Shown here: positions 25,113-38,230 of the stretch, in pieces
How the letters are laid out: every line of letters starts with the position of its first letter
How positions within the stretch are numbered: position 1 is the stretch's first letter
Source of the DNA: Mobula birostris
Lineage: Eukaryota
Assembly: GCF_030028105.1 (NCBI RefSeq)
Contig: NC_092395.1
Coordinates: 43,924,459 to 43,988,458 of the forward strand
Length of the DNA: 64,000 nucleotides
Reading direction: 5' to 3'
The notes under the pieces: model-generated
What the model saw: only the letters and a program-made list of their open reading frames with translations
Told to the model about the DNA's origin: nothing
Database searches by the model: none
Position numbers and translations under genes: made by a program

Positions 25113-26068
25113 TGTTACATGCCTCAAGGAGATATGTGATTTTTTTTGTGAGAATGATGTAATGGTCTTTTGGAGGTCACCTGATGTGATTTTCCCGCCG
25201 ATGTGAGGTCATGTGATGACATGTCCACCACGGGTATATAAGAGAAGACCCCAGATGACGCAGGTAGTTTGGCGGTAATGCACCATTAAGCTGGATGCCA
25301 ACCGCCGTAAAACAAGATACAGACAGACGCAGGTAGTTTTTAGGTTTTAGATTTCCAGGTAGAACGTACTGTGTCTCCGTTTCTGTTGCGTATTTTGTTT
25401 TATGGCGCAGTTTCATTTTTTAAAACGATTGTTACGTTCTGTTGCAAGGTACAGTAGTGCTGGATTGGCAATTTTTGCTAGATCTGTTGATGCACCTTAT
25501 TCCAGCAGTAGCACGGGGGAGTGAAGACTTCATCCAAGTACAGGACCCGAAGGATTGAGAGGAGTCGGTATCGTTCGGCAGTTTAACAAAGGATCGACCT
25601 TATTGAGTCTTCGTTGAAGGAGTAGTGACCTGCATCAAAGATAACTCTTGCCAAAAGATTAAGGAGTTCATGCGGGGTTTCCTCTCTAGAAGAATTTAAG
25701 GTCAGTTGTATTAAACTGTTTATTTTCGGCATCGTGAATCCTTTGGACAGAAACAGCAGGAAAGTCGCGTTTATGAAGAAATCCTTCTCCAGAGAAGTCT
25801 CTCCCAATTGAACGTATAAATCTGTTGGACTTTCGAATTTACCATTAAAATAATACTATATCTGACTTTTCAGCTTTAAGAACTATTTACGCATTTAAAG
25901 CTGTAAGAACCAGTGCCGAGTGGCGACTTGTTGAACGGTTGCATAACGGTTAACTTCCGGTTAAGGTTTTCGTTTGTATTTTAAATCGTTTTTCCGTGTT
26001 TAATAAATGTTTGGCCGTTTTTATATAAACTGTCTCGATTGATATTCATTGTTTCCGGTTACGTAACA
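25113..26068. mobile_element. Solo LTR (956 bp)
   Basis: TGTTAC...GTAACA termini and an exact 4-bp TSD CAAT; internally similar to 36002-36878. Confidence 0.85.
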
Positions 26069-27039
26069 CAATTAACACAAATCTCTCTGGAAATATATTG
26101 GGGTAAAAGCTGATAAACTACCCACCAGCCAATTCAATGATACAATAGAGGCAGAAGCTGCTGGAAATATTGAGCAACTTACACAACACTCCATCACCAG
26201 AGACATTTATTGTTACACGAGCTTGGCGGTGGATGAACCCAAGTGCAGAACATGGGCGTGGGGGCAGAGTCGGGAGGCGTTATTGCCGTAGCGAGCGTGG
26301 AATCGGTTTCTAGGAGAGTCTTTACCCGAAGTTTTGGGTTTGGAGAGAATCCAGGAGCGATGCTAGACTGAGAACTGACAGTCCTAAGAACCATGAAACG
26401 AGGTTGCTCGCACCGGTGTCGACCAACGAACTGGCAGCGCCTTGTTGTGATCATAGGGTCTTTATCCTGCATTTTCTGATGGAAAGCAGGTGTGTGAAGT
26501 TAGTGGAACCTGGGGATGATTGGAAGTTAAACGAGGGAATTGAGGCCCAATTCCCGAGGTAAATAGCAAGGTGGGGGATTTCCAGAAGGGACCATGACAT
26601 TAATTGATATTTTTAAATGCCCACCAACTCTCACTGTTATCTTGAACAACTGTTTCCCATCCTTGTACTTTCCTTTTTCTCAATTCGTACATCCATGAAA
26701 CATCTGTTCTCAAACCTTCCATTCTAGAAAATGCGAGATATCCTCTTTTATTTATAAAAACAACAGGGGAACTCTTTCATCATTAATGCAGCTCCCATCC
26801 ACATCTCCTCAATTTCCCACACATCTTCTCTAATCCCATTTTACCGTTATTGTAACAGGAATAGATCATTCCCCACCACTTCATTGGCCTCTACACCCAG
26901 CATATAATTCTTCACAAATCAAGCATCTCGTTAGAGATCCCCTCACCAGGCGCATATCACTGATTTCCGTAGAGACTGCTCCTGCATTATCCTCTTCTCC
27001 CACTGATCTTCTGCCTAATAGCTACCCCTGCCACTATCA

Positions 27040-28215
27040 TGTGTAATGATATTAAGAGAGTCCCCTCTGAATCTCAGATTTGCCAGCAGTTTTAGCAAGA
27101 AAAGGCTACCTTCGCTGCCAGCCTATCGTAATTGTGATTGAACCATTGATTTATTGCCCGGTTCCCGCTCTTCCCAAGGGAGGCTGTCCTTCCTATCTGG
27201 TCCTGAGAGATGAGCTATGGACGATTACCTCGAAGGGGCGTTGACATCGGGGTTCATCAGACTCTTGATTTCCACCGAATGGGCAGGGATCTTCTTTGCC
27301 ACAAAGAAGGAGAGCAGCCTGAGACCCTATATTAATTATCGGCATCTTAACAAGCTTAAATAATTACCCCTTACCTTTAATGAACTCTGCTTTTGACTTA
27401 CTACAAGGGGCTAAAATTATCAGTAAATTTGATTTCAGCAATGCTACAATTTAATTTGGATTCGTCAGGGTGATGAATGGAAGAAGGCATTCAATACCCT
27501 CAGGGCATTAATAATATCTCGTTATAAAATTTGAGCTAGTTAACGCGCTGACAGTTATTTATTTCAGGCATTCTTTAATGAAGTCTTGAGGGGATGTTAA
27601 ACAGATTTGTCTTTTTCTACCTCGATGACATTTTGATTTGTTTCAGGCTCTTATCAGGAACTTGCCTCCCATGCTTTGTCAGGTTTGTCAGTGTTTATGA
27701 GACAACAGCTTATTTGTCAAGCCCCAGAAGTGTGAATTTCATGTTCATTTTCACGATTTCTTATATCCCTGAGGAACCGATTAATGGATCCGGATAAAAC
27801 TCATGCCGTTCAGGACTGACCCACACTCAATTCTGTCAAGTAGATTAAGAGATTTTTGGGATTTTCCAACTTTTTATAAGAGATTTATTAAGAACTTTAT
27901 CTCCGGGGCTATCCCTCTGTTTAATATTAACAAACAAATGTCAGGTCATTTCTGTCAGACATTCAAGGAGGAGTTAGCCTTTATTGTCCCGAAGCATCAT
28001 GTTGTCACTGCTCCCATATTGCGGCCACGCAAACTTGATCGACTTTTTTTTGTTGAGATGAACACCTCCGTCATCAGAGTAGGAGGCAATATTGTACCAA
28101 CGTTCCATCAATGATAAAAAGTTGCATCCCTGTGCTTAATTTTCGAAACTTTTATTACAAGCCGAATGCAATTATGATATAGATAACCGTGAATTATTGA
28201 CTGTGAAACCAGAGC
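27040..28215 (+). mobile_element. pol: Degenerate Ty3/Gypsy pol (RT-RNase H)
   Basis: IRQGDEWKKAF, MLNRFVFFYLDDILI (YLDD) and QAECNYDIDNRELL; many frameshifts. Confidence 0.8.
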
Positions 28216-28253
28216 GAGGGTCAGCGATTTAATAGAGAGCGTGGTGCATACAA

Positions 28254-30330
28254 CAGGATATCTCAACTGGGGTTCTGTGAGAGATCCTGATTAAAAAAAA
28301 AAACATAGTATTTTGAGTTTTGTGGATTGCGCGATGCTCGAGCTGGCAGTGGTGGGCAGCGACCCAGCAGCCTTGTTAGCAATCTCAGACCGGAATGGCA
28401 GTGAGCAGCAGGGCAGGATTTACTTGTTTTGAGAACATTCTTAGTTTTTAACGCGGGGTAGGCGAGACCCTTAATAATTGGTGAGCGTTGAATGCAGGGG
28501 ATGACGCTAGATAGTTGTGAACGCCATATTGAATGCAGGGATGACATTAGGCTGATATTTGTGAGCGCTTTATTGAATGGAGGAGATGATGCTAGGCTGA
28601 TATTTGTGAAAGCTGTATTGCACGGAGGGGAGGACGGCAAGCTGATATTTGTGAGCGCTCTTTTCACGGAGGGGGATGACGCTAGGCTGATACTTGTGAC
28701 CGCTTTGTTTCACGGAGTGGATGGCGGTAGGCTGATATTTATGAGCGCTGTACTGAATGGAGGGGATGGTCGTAGGCTAATGAGGAACGTAATGTGCATT
28801 TTCCAGGTATTGAATGGCCTCACCCAACTTAAACGGTGACATCAGCATCTCCCTCATAAATTACCTCCCCCGACTTTCCCAGACATGCCGCCAACTGATT
28901 TACAGGAACGAACAAACTCTACCTGTGCAGTAGAAAAGTGGAGGGAAATGTTCATTCTAAGGAAGGATTTTTTATGCGCCACGATTCAACTGCTGTTAGG
29001 CCGCATTGCTGTTGGAAACGTTGCAAAAGTTGGATTGTGTAGGTTAGAAGTGAATTGTATTGTGAAGTGTTAATTTTTTTACAGTTTTCACATTTAGTTA
29101 TTTATTATGCTGTTCTTTTCTATATTTTATTAACCCCTGTGCTTACAGAGATGTCTGACTGCCGAATGTCAGACAGTGCAATCATCTGAGTTATTTCACT
29201 GCACTGGTGCAACAAATGACACACAAAATCTGTCTGTTTTTACCGTGATAGTTATTTATCAATGGATTTTAGTTGGACAGATGATCCAAATTGCCTTGTT
29301 CCATTGTGCCTCAACTGTGGCAAATAACTTTAAAATGCTTAATGGCTCCAGCAAAATTGAAAAGACACTTAACTACGAATCACAACTATATGACAAGTAA
29401 AAGTGCTTATTATATCAAACGCCTATTGGAAACTCAACAGAGTAAAGCCTTCCCTAATAAAGCCACAGGCAATAGAAAATTCTGCAAGCAAGTTATAGAA
29501 GTAGAACTTAGTACCCAGAAAAAGAAAAAATCACAAAATTGGTGAGAACCTAATAATACCAATTTGAAAAATTATAGCAGTTAAAATACTTGGACAAGAT
29601 GCAGTTTGAGAAATTGGAAGTGTTTCACCCTCATCAGTTTGATCAGTCAACATATCGATAACATGTCAGATGATGCTGAAGAGATTTTGTGTGATAAACT
29701 GAAAAACAATAGATGATCTATCCAGGTTGATGAGTCAACAGATTTCACCAATAAATGATGGTGAAATTGAAGAAAACTTTTTTTTCTGTTGCCAATCCGC
29801 CCGGAGTGTGCAAAGGCAAAGATATATTTAATGTTTTGTCTTCATAGCTGCAAACAAGAGGTCTGTCTTGGAGGAATTATGATGCAATGTCTTATGGTTT
29901 TTGTAAAAGTACTATTAAACATTGTCAATCAATTTTCATATTGCAAATAGTTAATTAAAATCAATTTACAAACTTTATTTACATTAAATATACTGAGCCA
30001 GCATTTTGAAAAATTAAATCCCACTGTGGATAAAGCCAATTATATAGCAGAAATTTATTATGTTTCTAAAATTTGTGGAAGGGAACAAAGGGATTAATTT
30101 TAAGACAAGTAAACTGAGCATAGTACTTTTAATACTTGTTTTCATCAAGAAAGGTTGGCTAAAATCATTTTCTACTCGAAAGGGCATTAGCAATATCTTT
30201 TGGATTATTATATTTACAACTTACTGATCAAACTCATGTACTGTGAGCTGTACATATAATAAGCAGGGGTTCCCTGAGACCTGGAAATTATTTCAAAGGT
30301 TCCCCCAGGGCAAAAGGATGAGAAAGGCTG
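28254..30330 (+). mobile_element. hAT-Charlie/Buster DNA transposon, internally deleted
   Basis: MAPAKLKRHLTTNHNYMTSKSAYYIKRLL and IQVDESTDFTNK-type motifs; right terminus ...gagaaaggctg at 30330; homologous to 43240-46550. Left end uncertain. Confidence 0.75.
28500..28790. repeat. 45-bp minisatellite (5 full units plus partials) inside the hAT
   Basis: Units start at 28540, 28585, 28630, 28675, 28720 and 28765; they translate as DDxRLIFVSAxLxGG repeats. Confidence 0.88.
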
Positions 30331-30759
30331 ATCCAGATCCTTCCAGTTAGCTAATATTTCAATTCCCTTCTTTAACGGGAGGTGTTTTGTGGATTCAGCT
30401 ATTAGTAGATATTAGTCTCACTGTCTCAGCTGATGCATGAAAAAGATTGTGAATATAGAACCAAATATTACATGTAAAATTGAGAAAATTATGTACAACA
30501 TACGGGTGAGAACGAGCAAGGTCCTGCACCCACAGAAATGCATTATTGAAGACTAGGTGGAATGTGACATCTCCTCCTCCTTGACTCACTACCATCACAT
30601 TATCGAAACATTTGCATATTTCATTACAAATTTGTAGCAAATCTCTCTTTCTACAGCCGAACTGTTTCCTCAACACTACCCGTCCCACAACCAATCTTCA
30701 TATCACCTGGGAGCTTGACAATAAAGCCGTCTACTCCATCATCTAAATCATTGATATAC

Positions 30760-32405
30760 AGCATGAACAGCTGAGTTGCCAACACCAACCCCTGAGAAAC
30801 ACCACTGGTCACTGACAGCCAACCAGAAAGCTATACATTTATTCCAACTCTTTGCCTTTATCAATAAGCCAAAGCTTTAACCATGCCAGTAATTCTCATG
30901 CAATACCAGGGTTTAGTAACTTACTAAGCAACCTCGTGTGTGGCATCTTGTCAAAGCCTTCTCAAAGTCCAAACATGTAACATCTACTGCATCCCCTTTG
31001 TCTATCCTATTTGAAATCTCCTCAAAGAATTCCTACCAGTTCGTCAGGCAAGATTTTACCTCAAGGAAACCATCCTGACTTAGTCCTATCTTGTCCTGTG
31101 TCATCAAGTATTCCATAACTGCATCCCTAACAATAGACACCAACATCTTCCCAAACACTAAGGTCAGGTTAACTGCTCTATAATTTCCTTTCTTTTGCCT
31201 TCCTCCTTTCTTAAAGAGTGGGGTGACATTTAATCTTTTTTAGTCCTCTGGAACCATGCCAGGCTCCAGTGATTTTGAAAGATCATTACTGATGCCTTCA
31301 CAATCTCTATCACAACCTCTTTCAGAACCCAAGTGTGCAGTTGATCAGGTCCGGGTGACTTATGTACCCTTAGGTCTTTCAGCTTTTTGAGCACCTTCTC
31401 CCACATAAGAGTAACTGTTCTTACTTCTCTTCCTTCACACCCTTCAGCAGCTGGCACAGTGAAGACTGATGCAAAATACTGCTTTAGTTCCTCTGCTATC
31501 TTCTCATCCCCCATTATTACTTCGGCCTCATTTTCTGTTGGTTCTATATCCACTATCATCTCCCTTTTATTTTTTTACATACTTGAAAAAGCTTTTGCTA
31601 TCCACTTGGATATTGTTTGCTTGTTTGATTTCATGTTTCATCCTTCTCTTCTTTTAGTTGCTGTTTGTAGGTTTTTAAAAGTTTCCCAATCCTCCGTGTT
31701 ACCAGTCATTTTTATATTGTGGCATGGCCTCTCGTTTGCTCTTACAATAACTTCGACTTCCTTTGTCTGCTATGATTGTACCATTTGGCCATTTAAGTAT
31801 TTGTTTGTTTTTTGGAATACATCTGTCCTTCCCCTTCCTCATTCTTCCTCGAAACCGAACCATTGCTGCTCTGTTGTCACCCTGCCAGCAGCTCCATCCA
31901 ATTTAATTCAGCCAATTCCTCTCTCATACTACTGTAATTTCCTTTACTCCTCTGAAATACTGATATGTCAGACTTTACTTTCTCTCTATCCAATTTCAAG
32001 TTGAACTCAGTCATATTGTGATCAATTCCTGTAAAGTTTCTTTTACCCTAAGTTCCCTAATTGCCCCCAGTTCACTACATAACACCCAATCCAGTATAAC
32101 TGATCCCCTCGAAGGATCAATGACACACTGCTCTAAAAAGCCATTCATAGGCATTCAACAACTCACTCTCTTGAAATCCATTACTAAGCTCTTTTTTTTC
32201 AATTATCCTGCCTGTTCAAATCTGCAATGAATATCGTATGTTAACCACTTAATACGCCTTTACTACTTCCTGTTGTAATCTGTAGTCCACATCCCATCTA
32301 CTGCTTGGAAGCCTGTATATAGCTACCAACAGGCTGCTTTTACCATTGCAGTTTCTTAACTCATCCCACAAGGATTCAACGTCTTCTAATCCTATGTCAC
32401 ATCTA
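30760..32405 (-). mobile_element. CR1 LINE fragment (APE to RT N-terminus)
   Basis: KIAEELKQYFASVF and LRVHKSPGPDQLHTWVLKEV. Confidence 0.8.
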
Positions 32406-32409
32406 TGAT

Positions 32410-33305
32410 GATATATGATGTAGAAGCCATTACAGAGACTTGGATGGGTTAGGGACAGGAATAGTTACTTCAAGTACCGGGTTTTAGATTTTTCAGAAAG
32501 AACGGGGAGGAAGGCAAAATAGGTGGGGGCATGGCACTTTTTATCAGAGATAGTTTCACGGCTGCAGAGAAGGTGGACATCATGGAGGGATTGTCGACAG
32601 ACTCTCTGTGGGTGAAGGTTAGGAACAGGAAGGGGTCAATAAATTTACTGGGTGTTTTTTATAGGCCGCCCAACAGCAACAGGGACATCGAGGAGCAGAT
32701 AGAGAAACATCTCCTGTAAACGTGTAATAACAACAGAGTTCTCGTGATTGGAGATTTTAATTTACCAGATATCGATTAGCATCTCACTAGAGCAAAGGGT
32801 TTAGATGGGGTAGAGTTTGTTAGGTGTGTTGAGGAAAGTATCTTGACACAATATGAAGATAAGCCTACAAAAGGAGAGGCTGTACTTGATTTAGTATTTG
32901 GACATGAACTTAGTCAGGTGTCGGATCTCTCAGTGGGAGAGCATTTTGAAGATAATAATCATAATTCTATCTCTTTACCATAGCACTGGAAAGAGACAGG
33001 AGCAAACAAGTTAGAAACTCGTTTAATTGGAATAAAGGGAATTATGAGGCTATCAGGCAGGAAATTTAAAGCTTAAATTGGGAACAGATGTTGTCAGGGA
33101 AAAGTACGGAAGAAATGTGCAAATGTTCAAGGGATATTTGTGTGGAATTCTGCATTGGTACGTTCCAATGAGACCGGGTAGTAATTGTAGGGTACAGGAA
33201 CCGTGGTGTACAAAGGCTGTAATAAATCTAGTCAAGCTGAAATGAAAAGATTACAGAAGGTTCAGAGAGCTAGGTAATGTTAGAGATCTAGAAGATTATA
33301 AGGAG
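32410..33305 (+). mobile_element. CR1 LINE APE fragment, opposite orientation
   Basis: GGGMALFIRDSF...LLGVFYRPPNSNRDIEEQIEK and VIGDFNLPDIDW-like motifs. Confidence 0.8.
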
Positions 33306-33309
33306 GCAT

Positions 33310-34250
33310 GGTTAGCAAACCACAAATTACTACCCTGGATGACCTGCTTCTCAGCATTCTACCTAGCTGTCTAAATTCTCCTATCAGGACCTCTTTGCTT
33401 TACCTTCATGTGTCGGTACCAGTATGTACCAAGACATCTGGCTGCACTCCCTCCCTCTCTGAAATGCTGTGGTGCAATCCAAGACGTGCTTAACACTGGC
33501 ACCAGGGAGGCAACATACCATTCATGTGTCCCGTTCACCTGCAGATAATCTCCTGTCTCATCCCCTGACTATTGAGTCCCCTGTTACTACCGTCCACCTA
33601 TTCTCCCTCTTTCCCTTCTGCACCATGGACCTATGCTCAGCGCAAGAAACCCAGTCTCCATGGAATTCCCATGGGAGGTCATTCCACAGAACAGTATCCA
33701 AAGCGGTATACTTATTATTGAGATGAATGGCCACATTGTTTCTCTGTGCTAACTGCGACTCACATTTCCAGTTTTCCTGACGGTAACTCAGCTACTCACA
33801 TACTGTAATTTAAGAGTGTCCACTTCCTTCTAACTCTGATCAATAATCTCCTCACTATCCAATACAAACCGAAGGTCATCCAGCTGCTGCTCCAGATGCT
33901 GAATTGATGTTGGATGCACTTCATGCAGATGTTGTTCCCTGGGAGACACAGGGTCATCCCGACCTCCAATATCCGGCATGAAGAACAAACAAGATTCACT
34001 AGGTACAGTGAGAGAGAAAAAATTAGGAAACTTTACTGGGAGCCCACATCTCTTTTGGGTCGAAGCCTCTTTTGAGCCAGTGTCTGACACTCCTAATCTC
34101 ACCAGTAGCCTATTCCCAAGTAGCCACGCCGCTTGTCCCTTCTGTATATTTAAGCAAGCGTCCCCAACCTGCGATAAACCTGCTGTGGCGTTCTCCTGCC
34201 ACTGATTGACCGCCGGAATGATAAAATGTCGATAACCGGTCTCAAAGACA
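33310..34250 (-). mobile_element. CR1 5' region: ORF1 zinc-finger/esterase remnant and 5' UTR
   Basis: LVCSSCRILEV...NICMKCIQ (CxxC...CxxC) and VVTGDSIVRG (GDSL-type esterase) on the minus strand. Confidence 0.65.
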
Positions 34251-36001
34251 ATTATAAAGACAGTGTGATTAGAAATAGCAGGATGTGCAATATTCCAAGT
34301 CATTCCAATTCAGTAGTATTTCTCATTTCCCTTTTTACTGAATCAATATCTTAGAATTTCTTAATCACAAGCTGTCTCTGGTAGCTTCAGAGGATTGCAG
34401 CATCTTAACAAGGTAGCTCTCTTTCTGCTCAATGTTTCTCATTTGGTATGTGCCCATCCTCTATGAATTGACAACAAATAGATACCGCTTCAGGAGGCTT
34501 TTGTCATGTGTCATCTTACTCTTTAGATATCGACAGTGGGTATCACGAAGAATTGGAAAAAGAATACCAGAGCTGTCACTGGCCATTCACTGCAAGGACT
34601 ATTGAATCAGTGTCATCATTATCGGCCAGATTGTCATCCCTTGCACCAAATTCTTAATTACTCTCAGTTATCGACATTGAGCAGAGTGTCAGCTGTGTGG
34701 TTCAACCCTGCTATTTTCAGGGCATTATGCAAAGAGATTTCCTGGTTGTTAATGAAAATATAATCAAGGACAGACAGAAGATGCAATCAGAAGAGATCCA
34801 ATCTCCACACTGACTCCTGGGCATGTCTAGTCCATGTCCTGCCAAAGTGGAGAAGGAGCCTTCGGGATTGTATTGAGAGTCACAAGGTCTTGCATCAGAA
34901 ACACACAAAGGCCCTGTTTTCAGAGCAGAAGAAGTCGACCACCTTACAAATCCCTCTCATTTTTACTATCTGCCCCAGTTGTGAATACTGCACTTTGCAC
35001 ATGAGTGTGATTTGCTTGTTTCAGCAGCATTGGAGATGCATTTTTGACTTCGTGCAGTATCTTCTGTATACTTTCATCAGCAATCTGATCTGACTGGTTG
35101 AATAGGTACTGGTGTGAGAATAACAGTGTAATTCTTGAAGACGGCAGGAGATTTACACCGAGTTGTCTTTACTGGAGGCAGTACCATTAGAATTCTAGCA
35201 AGGGTGGAATGAGAGTCTGTTGAAATACTGTGACCTCTGATATACAAACTGACGAGCATTCACAGCAGGAGTCTGATCATCATCACCCACCCACTTCGTG
35301 GTTTCTGCATGTGCTTCAATGAAAAATGGAATATGAGCCATCTAATTCATTATTGTTGGAATAGAGCTGGAATGGACGTATTCAGACACCACAAAGATAT
35401 GTCTGGAGTGACAAGTAGATTTTTCCATTCTTTTGACATATGCACACAGTGCATGCACCAGCCTCCATACCAAACATCGTAGGTTGTCATATCACCAACG
35501 AAGGTTTGCATGGTACTCCTTCAAAAAAATCTCCTGATGCCTCATGTACAGGTTCTCCTCTTTGAAACTTGCACTTGGGTTACCCTCCACTTCTATTGTG
35601 GCTGCTGGACATGCAGGTCCAAGCAAATATGCATGATACAGAACGTGATCATTTATATTCTGGTTGGTGTGAGAGTCAATTCAAGACACTAGATGATTTG
35701 GCCAGATGGGAGCAGATCATTATATGAAATGATATGATGTAAGGTTGTAATATAGTCATTGCAAGATAAAGATGAGGAGCTTTTACTTACCATCCAGTGT
35801 TCAACACTCTTCTGTGTTATTGAACACTTGATTCATATTTAAAAGTATATTTATTTTCAAAGTCAACATATGTTCCCATATAAAGTTCAAAGTGCATTCA
35901 TTGTCAAAGTTTGTACACAAAACAAAGACTATCCTAAACTTCATTTTCTCGCTAGTCTTCATTGGAAAAAAAGTACAGGAGAAGTTTTTGAAAAATTCCA
36001 T

Positions 36002-36878
36002 TGTCACATACCTCGTGGGTATCTTGTGACTGTCTTATGACCATGATGTAATTGAGTATCTTGTGAGCCTGATGTAATTGTCTTGTGGTGGTCGGTGATG
36101 CGATTTTCCCGCCAGTGTGAGGTCACGTGATGACATGTTCTCAGCAGGTATATAAAGGGAAACCCTGCTGTGACACAATTAGTTTCAGTTTAGTTCGTCA
36201 GTTAATTCGACAGTTACTCCGTTATGCTGCGTATTCATATCATGATGCAGTTTTGTTTTAAAGCGGAGTTTTACTTTCTATTTTAACGTGCAGAGATTGG
36301 TGCTGGCAGTTTCGCCAATCGCTGCCAGTTTTGTTTGTTGCATCTATAATTTTTACTTTACAGTCCAGGATTGGAGAGTGACAGAATAAGTAAATAAAGT
36401 TGGAGTCGTTCGGCGGTTTTATAAAGGATCGCCCTTATTGATTCTTCATTCAGAAATAGTGACATGCATCTGAGATAAATCCTGCAAGAGCAGGGAAGTT
36501 TGTGCAGTGTTCACTCGCCAGGAAAAGGTTAGTTCCTTTAAGCCGGTTTATTTCCTTCGTCGTGAATCCTTTGGAGAATCAGCAGTAACGTCAGGACATC
36601 GAAGAAATCCGTTTCCAGAGAAGTCTCTCCTTATTGACTGGGTAAATCACTTAGACTTTCGAATTTATCATTTTAAGACTGTGTTCGAATTTACCGCTTT
36701 AAGAACTGTTTTCCTATTTACCATTTTAAGAACTGTTCCAGACTTGCCGTACAGCCGTTAACTTCCTGTAAAGTTAGTCGTTTGAATAAATTCCGCTGTT
36801 GTTGAGCAGAGTTTAATAAATGTTTGTTTTTTTTTAACCTGGCTCAATTATATATTCATAGTTGTTAGTTACGTGGCA
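36002..36878. mobile_element. Solo LTR, same family as 25113-26068
   Basis: TGTCA...TGGCA termini; shared internal motifs (gattttcccgcc...gtgaggtca.gtgatgacatgt; tttccagagaagtctctcc); flanks CCAT and CTGT. Confidence 0.72.
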
Positions 36879-37279
36879 CTGTAAACAAAAACTTACAAAC
36901 AACAATTGTACAAAGGAGGATACACCATGCAAATTAAAATAATATTGAGAATTTGAGTTTTTAGGAGCCCTTCAAAGTGACTTTATAAGTCATTGAATCA
37001 GTAGGGTAATAACCGTTCTTGCAACTGGTGGTTTTAGATTTGTACCTCCTGCCTGATAGTGGCCATGAAAGGAAGGCAGAGCCTGGAAAGTGCACGTCTT
37101 TGATAATGGATGCTACTATTTGTGGCAGCCTTCCAAGTAAATGTACTCAATGTGGTACACCACATTCTGTAGTTTTATCTACTCCTGGGCATTGGTGTTC
37201 CCATACCATGCCGTGATGCAACCAGTTACAATGTTCCCCACTGTGCATCTATAGAAGTTTGTTAAAGTTTTTAGTGAAA

Positions 37280-38230
37280 TGTCAAATGTGTGCAGACTTG
37301 TAAAAATGTAAAAGTGCTGTTGTATCCTCTTTGAAATGTGTCTCATGTACTAGTCCTTGCACAGTTCTACGGATATGTAACCATCACGCTATTTAAAGCT
37401 GTGGACCCATTCAACCAGTTACCTGCTAATGACTGGCTCATGAACGTCTGATTTCTTTCTCCTGTTGATGATAATCATCTCTTTGGCTTTTCTGACGAAA
37501 AGGGAGAGATTTTTTGTGGCAACACTCAGATTTTCAATTTATCTCAAATGTCAATTTATCATCACTTTTGCTTTGACTCGAAATATTCATGTCATTAACA
37601 ATTTTCAAAAGCAGGGGACAAAACACATCATCTTATGGGGCTCATGTGCTGATGGTGACAGTGAGTGTTGTCAATATGTACTAAATGGGATCTACCAGTT
37701 CAGAAATGGATGGGTCAGTTAGATAAGGAGGTACCTAGGCCCAGGTCTTGGAGATAAGTGATGACATTTGACGGGGTGATAGTGTTCAATACTGAGCTGT
37801 GTTCAATGAAGAACATCCTCATGAACACTCCTTCAATATACAGGTGTTCCAGAGATGAGTAAAAGGCCAATAAAATGGCATTCACTGTTGAACTGTTGTG
37901 ATGGTTGGTCAAGTGGAGTGGATCCTGTTTGATCCTCAGGTAGGAGGTGATATGCTTCATGACTAACCTCTTCAATCACTTCATGACAGTGGATGTAAGC
38001 ATAACTGGAAAATAGTCATTGAGCCAGGATACAATGTCCTTCTTGCACACTTGTGTAAATTATGTTTGATTGTCTCGGAATGCCAAAAACACAAGGTTGA
38101 AAATGTCCATGAACACTCCAACCAGTTGATCAGCACAATATTCAGCCAGGTAAGCCATCCGGACCAGATAGTTTCTTCTGATTCACCCTCCTGTAGGATC
38201 ACTCACCTCAGCCTCAAAAAATAAGATGAC
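37280..38230 (-). mobile_element. Rex1/Babar-type LINE RT remnant
   Basis: KRLVMKHITSYL...DPL...SSTVNAILLAFYSSLEHL...MRMFFIEHSSVLNTITPSNVITYLQDLGLGTSLSN. Confidence 0.65.

Noticed and set aside
28246-30338. 8-bp TSD for the first hAT copy
   Set aside because: The flanks GCATACAA and ATCCAGAT do not match; the left terminus is probably eroded or misplaced.
30760-34250. Twin-priming 5' inversion of a single CR1
   Set aside because: The plus and minus segments overlap in the APE region and look like different subfamilies, so nested insertion is simpler.
34527-35740. Decayed large host exon (acceptor ctttag, DIDSGYHEE..., VDHLTNPSHFY reminiscent of Tudor proteins)
   Set aside because: The frame has several stops, the resemblance rests on one short motif, and no consistent frame continues; only a translated search could rescue it.
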